Below, piece after piece: positions 9,926-19,568 of a DNA stretch of 64,000 bases. The notes beneath the pieces are model-generated. The model saw only the letters and a list, made by a program, of their open reading frames with translations. It ran no database searches and was not told the DNA's origin. The translations under genes were made by a program, and so were the position numbers. Within the stretch, counting starts at the first letter, position 1; every line of letters begins with the position of its first letter. Origin of the DNA: Thermofilaceae archaeon (GTDB lineage: Archaea; Thermoproteota; Thermoprotei; Thermofilales; Thermofilaceae); NCBI GenBank assembly GCA_026986905.1, contig JALSNQ010000006.1, positions 23,634 through 87,633 of the forward strand, given 5' to 3'.

Positions 9926-10537
9926 TTACCAATAAGGATAGCTACCCTTAGGTATCTGCTCACCCACGCGTCCCGCGATCTTTATGCTAGGCTTTATAGT
10001 GGGCTTACCAGGCTCCCACTGCGCAGGAGTTACCTCGTCGGGGTGTTCACGTATGTACTGGAGCGCTTTGATTTGCCTTAAGAGCTCGTTCACATTCCTA
10101 CCCATGTTAAGCGTCACTACCTCGTAGGCCTGTATAACGCCGTCGGGGTCTATTATAAAGCGGCCGCGGAAGGCGACGCCCTCATCCTCCTTGTAAACGC
10201 CGTATGCGCGGGCAACCTTCCCTGTGGGATCGGAGCCCATGAGGTGCTTAACGCGGCCCTTGAGTAGGGGCTCCTGCTCAACCCAGCCCTTGTGGTCGAA
10301 GACCGTGTCCGTGCTTATGCTAAGTACCTCGACTCCCAGTTTCTTCAGCTCGTCGTAAACGTTGTTCATTGCGGCCAGCTCAGTTGCGCATACGAACGTG
10401 AAGTCGGCGGGGTAGAAGCAGAGTACAAGCCACTTGCCCTTAAAGTCCTCTAGCTTAACCTTCTTTATCTCGCCGTTAGTTGGGTCATATGCGTCGATTT
10501 CGAACTCAGGCGCCTTTACGCCTGGCTGCAGGACCAT
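9926..10537 (-). CDS. ahpC: Peroxiredoxin, AhpC/Prx1 type
   Basis: FYPADFTFVCATE, FIIDPDG, GRNVNELLR. Confidence 0.9.
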   Translation of the reverse strand: MVLQPGVKAPEFEIDAYDPTNGEIKKVKLEDFKGKWLVLCFYPADFTFVCATELAAMNNVYDELKKLGVEVLSISTDTVFDHKGWVEQEPLLKGRVKHLMGSDPTGKVARAYGVYKEDEGVAFRGRFIIDPDGVIQAYEVVTLNMGRNVNELLRQIKALQYIREHPDEVTPAQWEPGKPTIKPSIKIAGRVGEQIPKGSYPYW

Positions 10538-10696
10538 GCTGTCTCACCGATACTTTATTATAGAAGGGTATTTCTTAACCTTTTCGTTAGAAAAGTTAAC
10601 CGATATATTTGGCGCAACTAATCTCGGTGTAACTCTATCAGGATAACCCCGTAACGTTTTAAACACTATCTGTAGAAAATATGAGGTAGAGGGCTG

Positions 10697-11671
10697 ATGT
10701 ATTTTACAGGGATGCTAGAGATTCTAGGTGTACCGAAGCGTCCTGCAAAGCCCCGTGAAAAAGGAATAACTATGGTACTCGACAAGCTAGTCCCAATAGA
10801 TAGAGATTACCTGGAGGAGGCGGCCCATTATATAGACGTTGTAAAGATAGGGTGGACCCTAAGCTCTACGGTATCTAGAAGCTATCTTGAGAAAAGGATC
10901 CGCTTATACAAGGAGCTTGGGATAGAAGTTTCCAGCGGGGGCACAATACTTGAGCTCGCGTATGCGAAAAAGAATGTAGACAGGCTTCTTTCCCTCTTAA
11001 AGGAACTTGGCTTCGACATTGTCGAGGTAAGCAACGGTATACTCAATCTCATGCCGGAGGAGAAGCGTCTTCTCATTAAGAAGGCAAGGCTTGCAGGATT
11101 TAAGGTGGTGGCGGAGGTAGGGAAGAAGAATCCCTCTTATAGGATGGGGGTGGAGGAGGCTATAGCGGAGGCTAAGCGAGACTTATCAGCTGGTGCATGG
11201 AAGGTTATAGTTGAAGGCAGGGAGATGGGTAAGGCTACATGCATCTTCGACGAAGAAGGAGAAATCCTGTGGGAGAGGGTGAACTCTTTCCTCAGCCAGC
11301 TGCCTGGTGAAGCGTTGGTGTTCGAGGCGCCTCGCCAGGAGCAGCAGATAGAGCTGATCCTTAATATCGGGCCGGAGGTCAACCTGGCTAACGTCGACGT
11401 CAATGATGTGCTTCCCCTGGAGACGCTCAGGCTAGGCATAAGGGGTGACACGTATCTTTTGGGGCGTGAAAGGCCATTAGACGTCTCCCCTTCTGCCCGT
11501 TTCGTGTACTATGTTCTCAGGGAAAGGGGGCCGTTGACGATTAGGGAGTTACAGGAGCATACCGGGCTAAGCAGGAGGACTATTCACAACGTTTTACGAG
11601 AGCTGAGGAGTGTAAACGCGGTGAAGACATACGGCAATAGGGGTAGAGAAAAGCTTTGGGGAATAACGTGA
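10697..11671 (+). CDS. comA: Phosphosulfolactate synthase (ComA) family protein with C-terminal winged-HTH
   Basis: KPREKGITMVLD, VKIGW, GGTILE, EVSNG, EVGKK, VEGRE, FEAP, LETLRLG.RGDT; C-terminal SARFVYYVLRERGPLTIRELQEHTGLSRRTIHNVLREL. Confidence 0.85.
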   Translation: MYFTGMLEILGVPKRPAKPREKGITMVLDKLVPIDRDYLEEAAHYIDVVKIGWTLSSTVSRSYLEKRIRLYKELGIEVSSGGTILELAYAKKNVDRLLSLLKELGFDIVEVSNGILNLMPEEKRLLIKKARLAGFKVVAEVGKKNPSYRMGVEEAIAEAKRDLSAGAWKVIVEGREMGKATCIFDEEGEILWERVNSFLSQLPGEALVFEAPRQEQQIELILNIGPEVNLANVDVNDVLPLETLRLGIRGDTYLLGRERPLDVSPSARFVYYVLRERGPLTIRELQEHTGLSRRTIHNVLRELRSVNAVKTYGNRGREKLWGIT

Positions 11672-11677
11672 TAGCCT

Positions 11678-12226
11678 TCACCCAAGCTTGTTGGCGAGAT
11701 ATAGCCGTCTCACCTCGTTGCTTGCGCCGCCAAAACCTAGTGCGACAAGCAGTAAGCCTCCCAAGACGAAGAGAGGATACCTAGTTATGAGGGCTAGTGA
11801 TCCTAAAACTGCGAGCCCGCCGTACTTGTCCAGCATTTCTCTCATGCCAAGCTTTACCGCTAGGCTGTGTAGATAGAGTCCCATTGTTACGAGGACTATA
11901 AGTTTTCCTGTGACTCCTAGGAATTCTCTAAGGGAGAATGGGGGCAGAAGGTAGGGTGCCGCCTCTAAGATTATGCCAGTGGCTAAAAGAACTGTTGCAA
12001 ACCTCTCTCTCCTCCCATTAACTCTAGCAAGCGTGTAGGCCGCGAAGACCACGGTTACCAGAAAATACCCCTCTGCTGCTATCATGAGTACGATGCTTCC
12101 AAGGGCGTATGAGAGCAGGGCTATCGGCGGATAGAGAGCCAGTAAGCCTAGAGCGTCGGCTAGACGCTTGTAGAATGTGAGCTCTTCCTGAGGCACTCTG
12201 GGGTATACTCTTAGGGGCTTTACCAT
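11678..12226 (-). CDS. Hypothetical membrane protein
   Basis: 182 aa with several hydrophobic segments. Confidence 0.65.
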   Translation of the reverse strand: MVKPLRVYPRVPQEELTFYKRLADALGLLALYPPIALLSYALGSIVLMIAAEGYFLVTVVFAAYTLARVNGRRERFATVLLATGIILEAAPYLLPPFSLREFLGVTGKLIVLVTMGLYLHSLAVKLGMREMLDKYGGLAVLGSLALITRYPLFVLGGLLLVALGFGGASNEVRRLYLANKLG

Positions 12227-12323
12227 TACTCCACACCACCCGGTTAATCAGTAGCTTAGAAGAGCTGTAACGATAAAAATAAGTTAATTTGGATTTAAAA
12301 ACAGTTCATCGCTAAAAATTAAC

Positions 12324-13952
12324 TTATTTTACCGCCTTTTCTACAAGCTCCTTCTCGAGCTTATCAGTCTCGGCTAGGAACTCTGGGTCTTCCTTCTCCA
12401 GCTTTTCAAGCCTCTCAAGGTACAGCTCTTCGCTGCTCTTTGTGAGCAGGTCCTTCACGGTCACGCCGAGGTTCTTGGCACCCAGCTTCAGCGCCCACAC
12501 GAGCAGGGCGGCCCACATGAGTAGGTAGAGCAGCCATACTATTATCTCGCCAGTCCTGTCGAGCGTTATAAGCGCTGGAAGGAAGGTGGTCGGCGCGTAG
12601 GGACAGCACGCCATGAGCGGGTCCCAGAATCCTCTAGCAAGCGTGTAGGGCAGGTAGCCGAGGTAGAAGAACGGCCATATGAGGAGGCCTGTGATGTAGA
12701 GCAGCCCCGTTCTCCCGTAGTTTCTGAACTCGCAGCCAAGCATGAAGACTGTGCCGAGTCCGAGCAGGAAGCCTCCGAACAAGTCCATTGGGAGCGTTGT
12801 CTGAACCCTTATGGTCTTCATGGAGATGCCTGTGTGATGGAACTCGAGGCCCGTGGACTTTGCGAATGCCTCTGCGAACTGGGCTGTAGCCCAGTGGTGG
12901 CCGTCGAGGATTCCGAATAAGGCGAAGCCTAGGAAGAAGGCCGTGCTGGCGATGAGTATATGGACGGCATATGCCGTGAAGGGCCCCATGGACTTGAAGA
13001 CGACCCTTATTGAGTAGGGGAGCTTCCACTTCCTGCCGTACTCGAGCTCCTTCTTCTTGTCTGACATTAGCTGACCCATCTCGAAGTCTATTATAGCGCA
13101 CTCGGTACCGAAGCCGGTCTTGGCTACCGCTAGGCCTAGGAGGCCGCCTACTATCAGCATCAGTATAATGTTCGGCAGGTTGGAGGCCGTGAGCATGTGC
13201 TTGTATATCAGAGTTTTCTCAAAGGGTATGCCGAACACCTTGACCGCGTAGGTGTTGCCGAAGAAGGCCATGTAGAGTATGACTATCGCGAAGATTATCC
13301 AGAAGGCGTAGAGTGCCAGCCTTATCCAGTCCTTGTTGGGGTCATAGTCCTCCCTAAGGGTTAGGCCGTCAGCCCATCCCTTGCTTTTAGCGTACTCCAC
13401 GTACCACTTTGTTTCCTGGCTCTTGAAGTATTGGGAAAGGTTTAGCCTGGAGAGCACCCACAGCCCTATCAGTGCACCTACAGTCGCGGATAGCATGACC
13501 ACGTAGCTCTTCACGTTCATTGCCGCCCAGCCTCCCAGGAGGTGGTGTAGTGTACAGCCGCCAGCGACCCTGGTGCCCCAGGCGAAGAAGAATGCGCCCA
13601 GCGCGACGAAGGCGAGGAACTTCTTGGGATAGTATGCCCACGTCCTAAGCTCGCCCTCGAGCCAGGCGAAGATTAGGCCGGAGAGGAGCGCGCCGAGTAT
13701 TATCCACTGTATGTCGGGCTGGTAGTCGGGCCTGGTGGCTATGAGGCTTGTCCCCGTGAGGAGCGACTCCATGCCGGCGAGCATCCTCGACATTCCGGTG
13801 GTTACTCCGATGAACTTGTGCTTGGGGTGTCCGAGGGGGATTAGCCAGAAGTTTATCGCCTCTGCTAGGCCGGTGAAGAGGCCCGCTGTCCACCATGGCC
13901 ACTGTCGCTTTATGAAGCTCTTAGGGGCTTCGGGCTTTGACAATGTTTTCAC
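12324..13952 (-). CDS. YeeE/YedE family sulfur-compound (thiosulfate) transporter
   Basis: WWTAG, GTRVAGGCT..H, GLGTVFMLGC repeats; multi-TM. Confidence 0.85.
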   Translation of the reverse strand: MKTLSKPEAPKSFIKRQWPWWTAGLFTGLAEAINFWLIPLGHPKHKFIGVTTGMSRMLAGMESLLTGTSLIATRPDYQPDIQWIILGALLSGLIFAWLEGELRTWAYYPKKFLAFVALGAFFFAWGTRVAGGCTLHHLLGGWAAMNVKSYVVMLSATVGALIGLWVLSRLNLSQYFKSQETKWYVEYAKSKGWADGLTLREDYDPNKDWIRLALYAFWIIFAIVILYMAFFGNTYAVKVFGIPFEKTLIYKHMLTASNLPNIILMLIVGGLLGLAVAKTGFGTECAIIDFEMGQLMSDKKKELEYGRKWKLPYSIRVVFKSMGPFTAYAVHILIASTAFFLGFALFGILDGHHWATAQFAEAFAKSTGLEFHHTGISMKTIRVQTTLPMDLFGGFLLGLGTVFMLGCEFRNYGRTGLLYITGLLIWPFFYLGYLPYTLARGFWDPLMACCPYAPTTFLPALITLDRTGEIIVWLLYLLMWAALLVWALKLGAKNLGVTVKDLLTKSSEELYLERLEKLEKEDPEFLAETDKLEKELVEKAVK

Positions 13953-14189
13953 CGACTATTGTTAACATAGGTGTTGTTATTTTAACAATTTTAAGTGAGA
14001 TGTTCACATAATTATTAATCGAAGGGGAATATTCTACATTATAAATGTGAATTATTAGTGCAGATTTTGCATACAAGGATGCTAGTAATAGTTATGATAT
14101 ATACATGATCAGAAAATAATTTATACATGATACTTTACTAGCCGTACACCAATAATATATCTATGGCCGCGCCAAGCCCTCATAGAGCC

Positions 14190-14972
14190 ATGCACTGCCG
14201 GCTAGCAGTAATTAAAAACATTCAGAGAAGCCCCACCTTAGTGCATGGGATCATCGACGCCCTTAAATCCGCAGCTGAAAACGACCCCTACGCCAGGCCC
14301 CTGGGGTTCACTAAGCACGCGGATGGCTGGGGTTTTGTTGCCGCTGACAGGGAGAAGGGAAGCCTGCACTTCTATAAGACCTCAAAGCCCATATGGCTCG
14401 ACGAGACCTCACCGGGCACGGAATATTTCCTCTACATAGTTCATGCACGTAAAGCCTCCACCGGCATGCCGTTAGGAGTGCAGGCCGCGCATCCATACGT
14501 CGTCGGGGTAGGAGACGGCTCCCTTCTCGCCGTGGCGCAGAACGGCGGCGTAAAGGCCCATATTGTTTCAAGCATTTTAGACGACATGGGGGTTGCTCAC
14601 CCAAGGGCGGGAAGGGTCACCGACACATATCTATACGCAGTGGCGCTGGCGAGCATGCTGTCAAGCTCTGATTCACTCTCCCAGGCGATAGATCGCCTCG
14701 ACCGGATGCTGGAAGAGAAGGGAGCTACTGGGCGCTGTATGAACACGGCCGCGCTGATCATTTCCCCCGGCGATGAGATGGAACTTGCAGTTACGCGGAG
14801 AATATATTCCGACGACAGCAGGCTAGTCGACTACTGTGAACTCTTCGCCGTAGAGGGGGAAGGGGTAGAAGCCGTGGTCTCGAGCACGGTGGTGCGATAC
14901 CTGGAAGAAATAGACCCAAGTATAGACGTCGCGCCTTTATCAGAGAATACAGTTTTCACTCTTTACCCCTAG
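14190..14972 (+). CDS. Class II glutamine amidotransferase-like (Ntn hydrolase) protein
   Basis: MHCRL start, HADGWG, HARKAS, HPY, QNG, TDT. Confidence 0.8.
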   Translation: MHCRLAVIKNIQRSPTLVHGIIDALKSAAENDPYARPLGFTKHADGWGFVAADREKGSLHFYKTSKPIWLDETSPGTEYFLYIVHARKASTGMPLGVQAAHPYVVGVGDGSLLAVAQNGGVKAHIVSSILDDMGVAHPRAGRVTDTYLYAVALASMLSSSDSLSQAIDRLDRMLEEKGATGRCMNTAALIISPGDEMELAVTRRIYSDDSRLVDYCELFAVEGEGVEAVVSSTVVRYLEEIDPSIDVAPLSENTVFTLYP

Positions 14973-15999
14973 CTATACCTACAAGTGCTGAAAGCGAGGC
15001 AACTACGCCGGGTGCGGCGAGGGCTGCTGGTAGCGACGTGTGGGACATGGGTGCGCCTATTAGGGGGCCTATAGCGTAGCCGAGGCCTATCGAGGCTTCG
15101 AAAATGCCCGTATATCCGCTGCCCCGGTCGAAGACCTCTCCCAGCGCCTTGGTATACACCACGGCTTCTCCGAAACCTGTTAAGGCGCCTAGCAACGCTA
15201 CCGTGTAGGGGTCGAGAATATATGGTACAAGTATACCTGAGGCCAGCAGGAGCGGCGACAAGTGTACCGCCTCCTCCTCTACCCTCTTTAACCTGCTGAG
15301 GGTTAGGAAGGCAAGTGTGCGGCTCCATATTATGGAGGAGAAGAGGAGTGAAACATACGCTGGCGGCGCGGAGATGGCCTCAACAAATACGGGATAGTAT
15401 ACTAGAAAGCCGCCTAGAGACGTCGAATAAGCGAATGCTAACAGCCAGGCTCTCCACAGCCCACGTACACCCGAAAACGTGGCGGGTTGCGCCTCTCCAG
15501 GGGGCACTGTGAAAAGTGTGAGAGACAAGGCGATGGCTGCTATGCCCATTGCTGCGAAGAGAAGTGCGGGGTCAACTAGCAGCGTCAGGGAGGCGGCAGT
15601 GGCGCCTACCGCGGAGCCGAGGCTCCAGGAAAAGGAGAAAGCGTGAACAGAGCTTTTCCGAGAAGCCGTACATGCCTCTATGGCCGGCCAGAAGAGCGCG
15701 AAAGACGCCATCCCTAGCAGGATAAACGTGGGAACCCCCGCCCACAGGCCTAGGCTGGAGGCCGCTAAGCCCATCATGGAAATGACCGCGGCTCCACGCT
15801 CGCTCCCTCTACCTATAACTGGGGAAGCGGCGATGGCTGTGAGCGAGTATAATATCATTGCTCCGCCACTTAACACACCTATGAGCCAGGACTCTACCCC
15901 CCTAGTAGAGGCGTAGACAGAGAAGGCTGGAAGGTAGAGCACCTGTATAATGGATGCCGAGAAACTTTCTATTAGCAGAATATACGTGTCTCTTTCCAC
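14956..15999 (-). CDS. MFS transporter
   Basis: Multi-TM; FWPAIEA, FEASIGLGYAIGPLIG. Confidence 0.8.
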   Translation of the reverse strand: MERDTYILLIESFSASIIQVLYLPAFSVYASTRGVESWLIGVLSGGAMILYSLTAIAASPVIGRGSERGAAVISMMGLAASSLGLWAGVPTFILLGMASFALFWPAIEACTASRKSSVHAFSFSWSLGSAVGATAASLTLLVDPALLFAAMGIAAIALSLTLFTVPPGEAQPATFSGVRGLWRAWLLAFAYSTSLGGFLVYYPVFVEAISAPPAYVSLLFSSIIWSRTLAFLTLSRLKRVEEEAVHLSPLLLASGILVPYILDPYTVALLGALTGFGEAVVYTKALGEVFDRGSGYTGIFEASIGLGYAIGPLIGAPMSHTSLPAALAAPGVVASLSALVGIARGKE

Positions 16000-17394
16000 A
16001 GCGGCGCCCAGTCTAGGCCTTACCTTTCATGTGTAAAAATGCTTTAGCCTTATTATAACTGAGGATTGAGAAGAACATGCAGACATAGGGCTGTCGATAA
16101 AGTTTTTGAATGAGTGAAACTGGGGTTCGCGATAACCCGTTAACTCGAGAAGCTCTCCATACATAGCCCGGAGGGTTTTCAGCTTGTAATGGGTAGCTTC
16201 ACGGCTGGTGTAGACCAATACTAAGAAATTTCGGAGTCGGTTTACGGGTTAAAAATATTCACAGCTTTCTTGAAATGTTCCTGTAGTCAACGTTCGCCTC
16301 TGCTCTAGGTAGCTCTCGTAGCCGCTCGGCTTCTCATGGTAGCTCTGCTCCAGCTTTTCCCCGGCTAACACCTCCTTGTCTTCTTTACGCCATAGGGAGA
16401 ATCGTTTACTGCTTGGACTCAGAACTGGACTCGGATATGGTGAACGTGGGAAGCGGGACTTTGCCATGGTGGTCATAGTGCTGCTGCTACTGGTAGTGCT
16501 GACGAACCTGCTCCAGCCCTTAGTCCTTACAACCCCGAGGAATATGGAGACGCTGCAAATATGCGTTAGATTAGGCTCTCGGAGATGCCCTAAGTCTCCC
16601 CCCTTGTGATGTCGCGGCTCTTGATGTGTGTCTCGCCCTCGGTCTGAACTAAGGTCTCTACGTAGCTCTTCGGCCCGTGTTCCACGTGACTGTAAGACAT
16701 CTCATGAATCTCTGCTCTGTTCCACGCTCTAGGCTTGTCTTGCCTCTTGTCTCCTTCCTTGTAGCGCGTAGCTCCTCATATAGCCCCATGGGATGACGCT
16801 GAAGCCTATGCCTGTCGACTCCTGGAATATTGATTACTTGCTCTGCTACTCCGTTATCCTCCTCAATAGTTGATCGGTTGCTTTGACTCCGCTAGCTCTA
16901 GCATGACAATGAAGACGAACCCTCTGCCCATTGGACAGCTGACTCCATCAGTATCTTGACGATGTATAGCCCAGTCTTGAACCCCAAAAACTATGTAGCC
17001 TATTGGATTCTTCCCCGGGCTTCAACACACTCTTGAGGGATACGCTGGGCCTGAACTCGGTAATGCGCTTCATGATCTTCTCGTTTTTCTTAACGCACGG
17101 GGTCTGTACAGCGACTGACTGTATGTGCCTTACAGCAGTCAATTAATGTCGTAAGCCCCCGTCGCGGAACTCATTCGCTCTGCCTAGGTCGTAGTCTTTA
17201 GTTACCTATCCGACGGAAGTCCTCAACGCGTAGGTCTGCTCACGCGTAACGCTACGGCCAGCCTTAAAGTTCTCTTCGCACAGTCCTCCTCCCGGCGGGA
17301 TAATGAGTACAGAGAGTACTATCAAGCGGCTGTGTTTTCCGATACACTTAAGCAAGCATAAATAGCTGTGGGTTATGTGGGAATTGTGGGAATC

Positions 17395-17673
17395 ATGGTT
17401 GAGGTTGTTGTTGTGGATGAGAAGGGTAGGGTTGTTATCCCCAGGGGGGTTAGGGAGAGGCTCGGCCTGTCTAAGGGTAGCAGGCTGCTGCTGGTAGAGC
17501 TGGGCGGGGACACAATAGTGCTCAGGAAGCTCGACGTCAAGAAAGTCCTTGAGACAATCGCCAGGGAAGTAAGGAGGAATGGGATAGATCTGGAGGAGAT
17601 AGAGCGCGAGGTGGAGGAAGAGGCTGACGAGATTGCGGCGGATAAGATCGAGGAGGTTCTTGCTGGTCACTAA
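17395..17673 (+). CDS. AbrB/MazE family antitoxin (VapB-like)
   Basis: VVVDEKGRVVIPRGVRERLGL..G..L; overlaps the downstream PIN gene. Confidence 0.9.
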   Translation: MVEVVVVDEKGRVVIPRGVRERLGLSKGSRLLLVELGGDTIVLRKLDVKKVLETIAREVRRNGIDLEEIEREVEEEADEIAADKIEEVLAGH

Positions 17674-18082
17674 CGTATTCATAGCAGCCTTCAAGTCTGG
17701 ATGGATCAAGACCACAGAGCTACTCCTAGAGCTACTGACAAACCCCGAGTACGAGCTAGTAGGAAACTCCGTGCTACTGGAGGAGTACAGGAGGTGGGCC
17801 CTAAAGCTAGGCATAGAGAATCCCGCGCTGTAGGAGCCAGCCACAACCCTTTACTCCCTTCTCAAGAACAGGATGAGGATCGTGGAGCCGGACAAGGAGC
17901 ACTTGGAGGCCTACAAGCCCTACTTCCCCGAGAGCGAGAAAGCGGATCTATACCACGCCGCCACTTGCCTGAAGACGGGTGCCCCCCTCATATCTAACGA
18001 CAGGCACTTTGACGAGATAGGGCGGTCCAAGCTAATCAGAGTGTTGAAGACAAGCGAGGCCATAAAGGAAATTATAGGCTGA
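17633..18082 (+). pseudogene. PIN-domain toxin (VapC-like), interrupted
   Basis: ORFs 17633-17833 and 17873-18082 share a frame, separated by TAG 17831-17833; FLLVTNVFI (normally DTNV), EEY, ADLYHAA, LISNDRHF. Confidence 0.85.
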
Positions 18083-18097
18083 GTCTCGCTTTATATA

Positions 18098-18512
18098 TCA
18101 GGCTTCTAGCCGCTCGGTGCTGGTATGTCCAAGGGTAGTTCCTAGGGGCCTAGCCTTGGAGCCCCTGTAGACCTTCTCAAGGTGGTCCCTGCTAGCCTTG
18201 AGTTCTAGTCCGTAGGCCGATAGCGTTTCTTGGGCCTCCTCATAGTGCTTTACCAGGAGTCTTAAAAAGCCCTTCACCACCGCCCATACCTGTGCTTGTT
18301 CGCTGAGTTGCTTATTTCCGCTAGGAAGATCCTCGTATCTAAGGCCGAGAAGCTGTTTATGCTCTTTCCTCTATACTTGAGTCACTCCAGGAACTTGTCC
18401 ACCCCCTAGAGGGCGCAGTACTGGGTCTCCGGGTTCCTGTTCTCGGACCTTAGGTGTAGGATGTATAGCTCCAAGAGCTCTCCGTGGAGCTTGGAGAGCT
18501 TCGCCTTTTTTT
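18098..18512 (-). pseudogene. Tyrosine recombinase/integrase N-terminal (SAM-like) domain remnant
   Basis: Reconstructed LHGELLELYILHLRSENRNPETQYCAL*GVDKFLE*LKYRGKSINSFSALDTRIFLAEISNSANKHRY/AVVKGFLRLL with two stops and frameshifts. Confidence 0.55.
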
Positions 18513-18631
18513 CTCATCAGCGATCTGCCCACGTTGTGAGAGTCCATGTGAACTGTCTTGAAAACAAGCCTTCCCTTCACGATGCGCTTTGAGCTCAGCT
18601 TAAAAAGGGGAAGCGCTGACTAACTCTGGGT

Positions 18632-18692
18632 AGGTCAGCACTCAAGATCTTCTTCATTCCCTGGGGGTCGGTGATAGCCTGGCTCATCACCG
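18632..18692 (-). ncRNA. Box C/D guide sRNA
   Basis: GTGATGA-gccaggctatca-CCGA-...-ATGAAGA-agatcttgagtg-CTGA; TATA-like ttataaaa about 25 nt upstream. Confidence 0.85.
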
Positions 18693-18824
18693 TGTATTAG
18701 TGGCGGGCTTGGTTTTATAATGATGGGTGTAGATTGTGGTTTAATTATTTTATATATATGGTTTGAATCTCTAACAAATATGTTTAAATATTCCACATGC
18801 ATAGAGTATTTGCAGGTGAAAGAA

Positions 18825-19526
18825 ATGGCAATGCCACTAATAGGGGACAAGTTCCCCGAGATGGAAGTTGTTACCACGCATGGAAAGATAAAGCTGCCCG
18901 ACGCCTTTGCAGGAAAATGGTTTATTCTATTCAGCCATCCCGCCGACTTTACCCCTGTCTGCACTACGGAGTTTGTGGCTTTTGCCAAGCGCTACGAGGA
19001 CTTCAAGAAGCTTAACACCGAGCTCATAGGCCTTAGCGTCGACAGTACGTGGAGCCACATAAAGTGGACGGAGTGGATAAAGGAGAACCTTGGCGTCGAG
19101 ATACCCTTCCCGATAATAGCTGACCCGAGGGGCTTTGTTGCGGAAAAGCTCGGCCTTCTCCACACGGCGAGTGCGACCCACACCGTGAGGGCGGTCTTTA
19201 TAGTTGACCCCAACGGTGTGATAAGGGCTATACTCTACTACCCGGCGGAGCTCGGCCGCAACATGGACGAGCTGCTGCGTATGGTGAAGGGCTTCCAGGT
19301 AAGCGACAAGTATGGCGTAGCGCTGCCGGCTAACTGGCCGAACAACGAGATAATTGGCGAGAACGTCATTGTGCCTCCTGCATCTACGGTGGAGGAGGCG
19401 GCTGAGAGGCCCAAGAAGTACAAGTGCTTTGACTGGTGGCTCTGCTACAAGTCTGTGCCCGAGGAGGAGGCCGAGGAGGCTAGGAAGTTCCTTGAGCGCG
19501 TGGCGAAGCCTAAGAGCGGCCAGTAA
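18825..19526 (+). CDS. Peroxiredoxin, archaeal Prx6/TDXH type
   Basis: [26 protein letters not shown]. Confidence 0.93.
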   Translation: MAMPLIGDKFPEMEVVTTHGKIKLPDAFAGKWFILFSHPADFTPVCTTEFVAFAKRYEDFKKLNTELIGLSVDSTWSHIKWTEWIKENLGVEIPFPIIADPRGFVAEKLGLLHTASATHTVRAVFIVDPNGVIRAILYYPAELGRNMDELLRMVKGFQVSDKYGVALPANWPNNEIIGENVIVPPASTVEEAAERPKKYKCFDWWLCYKSVPEEEAEEARKFLERVAKPKSGQ

Positions 19527-19568
19527 AAACCCTTTTTATATCAATAATCTTTTTGCTTTAGGAGGAGG

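Larger units (their letters stand above)
16000..18600. mobile_element. Decayed integrated element / accessory remnant
   Basis: Only short broken ORFs plus a TA module and an integrase-like remnant; boundaries approximate. Confidence 0.5.

Noticed and set aside
17831..17833. In-frame TAG as pyrrolysine or readthrough
   Set aside because: The catalytic Asp is also lost, neighbours are decayed, and no pyl genes are visible; pseudogenisation is simpler
17206..17844. 212-aa minus-strand ORF
   Set aside because: Mostly antisense shadow of the vapBC genes
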